A DNA stretch of 64,000 nucleotides from Takakia lepidozioides (lineage: Eukaryota > Plantae > Bryophyta), in NCBI GenBank assembly GCA_030704615.1, contig CM060734.1, forward strand, positions 806,001 to 870,000. Reading direction: 5' to 3'. A program made the translations under genes and the position numbers. Shown here piece after piece: positions 61,706 to 64,000 of this stretch. The notes below the pieces were generated by a model, which was given only the letters and a program-made list of their open reading frames with translations, was not told where the DNA came from and ran no database searches. Numbering within the stretch: the stretch's first letter is position 1; every line of letters starts with the position of its first letter.

Positions 61706-63208
61706 AGGATTTCTCACAAGAGGCATGTAGATGCATATATTGGTACACTTTTCTTTTCAGATCGTTTTTGATCATAAGACAAGCCGTTTCGGCATTGTAC
61801 TGCCAAAACAAGTTAGTTTGTTAGTTGTCTGGAAATCGTTGGTAAAGCACGTTGGAAATTAAACAGTGTCTGCGACGACCATGGAGTGGAACTCTTGCGT
61901 CAAGATGACCGTAGGAAGCTGCATCGACAGCAGATTAGGCTGCCAATTCGGTACCAGAAACGACGAGTTAATCTTGTTCAAACAATACAGGACGACTGTT
62001 CCAGTCCCAGATTGCGATCTCTCTTTTCTCCCGCCTTTCAAGTCCAGTACGAACACACAGTGAGGAGCTTGGCAATTGGTGGAAGCGACATGTATAGCGA
62101 TGAAATATCGCAACAAAGCAATTAGCCGCATTGGAATGACAGCAAGTCAGGACGACTTCAAACGGCAAAGCGTGGACTTGTTAGCGGTGCGGGACAATTG
62201 GAGGGGACTCCGGACAACCTATGACTCAGTGGCAGGGTCAAAGACCCCAGAGCCATCACCGGGATTTGATTTCCAAATATACCACAAAATATGTGTGTAG
62301 TGAAAATACGACGAATGGCGAGAAGCGCAACGTTTTACCACCGATGGAGCTGAGAATTTACAGGCTGATACGGGGTATATAATTGTAGTTTGTCACTAAG
62401 TTTGGTGATTTATGGAGCTGATTAGCAGCAGGGCCAAATTATTGAGTCGACGGCACTCACAAGGCCTATTATTTGCATTTCTACTTCTTGGATGGATGAA
62501 AAATCCTGGAATTCGCCTTGAGGAGCTGGATGGATGAAATGACAACTCGCGCCAACTCCAATTGGATGGATGAAAAGACAGCTTTCATTTGCCTCTAAGA
62601 CTTTTCATCCATGTGGAATAGTATATTATAGATCCTCCAAAGAAACAACAGTTTAATGAATATTTTCCGTTAGTCTATTAGGCACAAGTATAAAAGAGGG
62701 GGCAAGGCTTCTCTTATTCTTCATCTAGCTCATTTGCTTAGTTTCCTCTTGCTTGTTGTTGTAGTGTTTGCTAGCTTTTGGCTTGAGGAGGGGCTAGATC
62801 CTAGGGAGTGAAGCTTGAAGCTCCCTAGTTAGATAGGATTCTTGTAAGCTAAGGCAAAGTGGCCTAGCTTGTGGGCCTTTGAGCCATTTTCATTTGTGAA
62901 GGAAGAGGACAATTTCATGTGGAGGAAAGTGACTTGAGGACGAGTAGGAGGGGCTGGTATGGACTTATGGATGAGAGCCCAAGTGGAGGCCGCATAGAGT
63001 ACCATTACTTGAGTCGATAGAGCATCCCAAGCACTCTCGCATAGAAAGGTTGATCCCATCTTACCATTTTCACCATTTGTGTATGTGATTCATTTATTTT
63101 CCAAGCAAAGCTTGAAGTTGAAAATCTGATTTAGACTCTTCAAAAGAGGAGAGTGCATTGTGGAATCCCATTATTTCATGTCTAGAAGTGACAAGGGGAA
63201 GACCCCAT

Positions 63209-63528
63209 AGTCTTGGCCCACCCACCACGGCCCCAATGGACCGTGATGAGTCCCAAGACTCCCCACGACTCTCACCACAAGGTCTCAGCCCTATGGTGAG
63301 TCCTATGCCACCCCCACTAAGACCCACTAAGCTACCACCACCCCTCGTGGAACCACCCCCACCGCACCGGTGTGCGGGGCTCCACCTAGTGAGTGCCTCT
63401 GCTTCCTTGAGTGCCTTGGGCACTCAAGGGTGCTTCAGCCCCCATACCTATTGTTGCCACTGCCCCCACCATAGGGGCAGCCCCTCTTGTGTCCCAACCC
63501 CCTGCCCTCAAGGCAAAGGGCCGCGACA
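63209..63528 (-). repeat. Partial LTR of the chromovirus family
   Basis: Matches 23291-23613 and ends CCGCGACA. Confidence 0.92.
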
Positions 63529-64000
63529 CTTACACTTGAGATCTTCTATAACAGCTCACATTAGATGGCAGGTTGATTATCTGACGCATTGTGTCCAGTG
63601 CCGGTATTTTGCAAACCATTACATGATCCGCAGAGAGCATTGTAATTATTGCAACCAATCTCCTCCACCAAAATTCCAGAGGAACAGATCCTAGACTTAA
63701 ACGTAGATTATTTTGCCAACAATTAGGAAAAGATTTTTTCAATTACCAAGAAGAACAGTTCAAGTAACAACGTCTGAAGAAAAAATGGAAGAAACTTCGA
63801 TTAATCAACCCATAGAGCACTTGAATATACATTTGAACGGACAAGACTCTAAAGTTCTGAATCCTCAATATCATCTCTATCTGTAGGCCCGACCAAACCC
63901 AGTAGCCCGACATCTAATCCACCGTTGAGTCCGAGAGGTTCAATGGCGCAATCGCAACCACCTCCGGCACCTCCGGATATCCCAATCGTGGTGCCAGCAG

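Larger units (their letters stand above)
58461..62632 (-). mobile_element. Candidate Helitron-like element enclosing the methyltransferase-like gene
   Basis: Minus strand starts A/TCTATAATATACTATT at 62632; GGATGAA repeats near both ends; 10-bp-stem hairpin at 58461-58488; no canonical CTRR seen. Confidence 0.4.

Noticed and set aside
62690-63200. LTR-like segment with a TATA box
   Set aside because: No partner, termini or TSD identifiable within the window.

Overview
Eukaryotic, transposon-saturated genomic DNA, most likely from a seed-free land plant. That assignment is an inference from spliceosomal introns, a PLS-type PPR fragment, an intron-rich CIPK fragment and Galadriel-like chromoviruses. 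I see no clearly intact host gene. From start to end: (1) the 3' part of a Ty3/Gypsy chromovirus inserted into ORF2 of a minus-strand LINE that carries a 2A-like GDIHPNPGP motif; (2) an 11.4-kb DNA transposon (3833-15275) inside the same LINE, with ~550-bp TIRs, a 6-bp TSD, an intron-containing IS3/integrase-type DDE transposase, a divergent orphan ORF and host-gene fragments (IS3EU-like); (3) a Copia RT remnant; (4) a full-length chromovirus nested in the 5' LTR of a deleted copy of its own family; (5) a CIPK pseudogene fragment with NAF changed to NAC; (6) an AT-rich Helentron/Helitron2-type element; (7) a gag remnant, a hairpin repeat array and a second LINE family; (8) three related, intron-containing beta-class N6A/N4C DNA-methyltransferase-like modules (48-49 kb and 59-61 kb) in a repeated, apparently mobile architecture with a Helitron-like end; (9) a second copy of the 2A-bearing LINE with an internal inversion. 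The two most interesting candidates are the cargo-carrying IS3EU-like element and the mobile amino-methyltransferase-like cassette. All family assignments come from motif recognition by eye; no searches were run.
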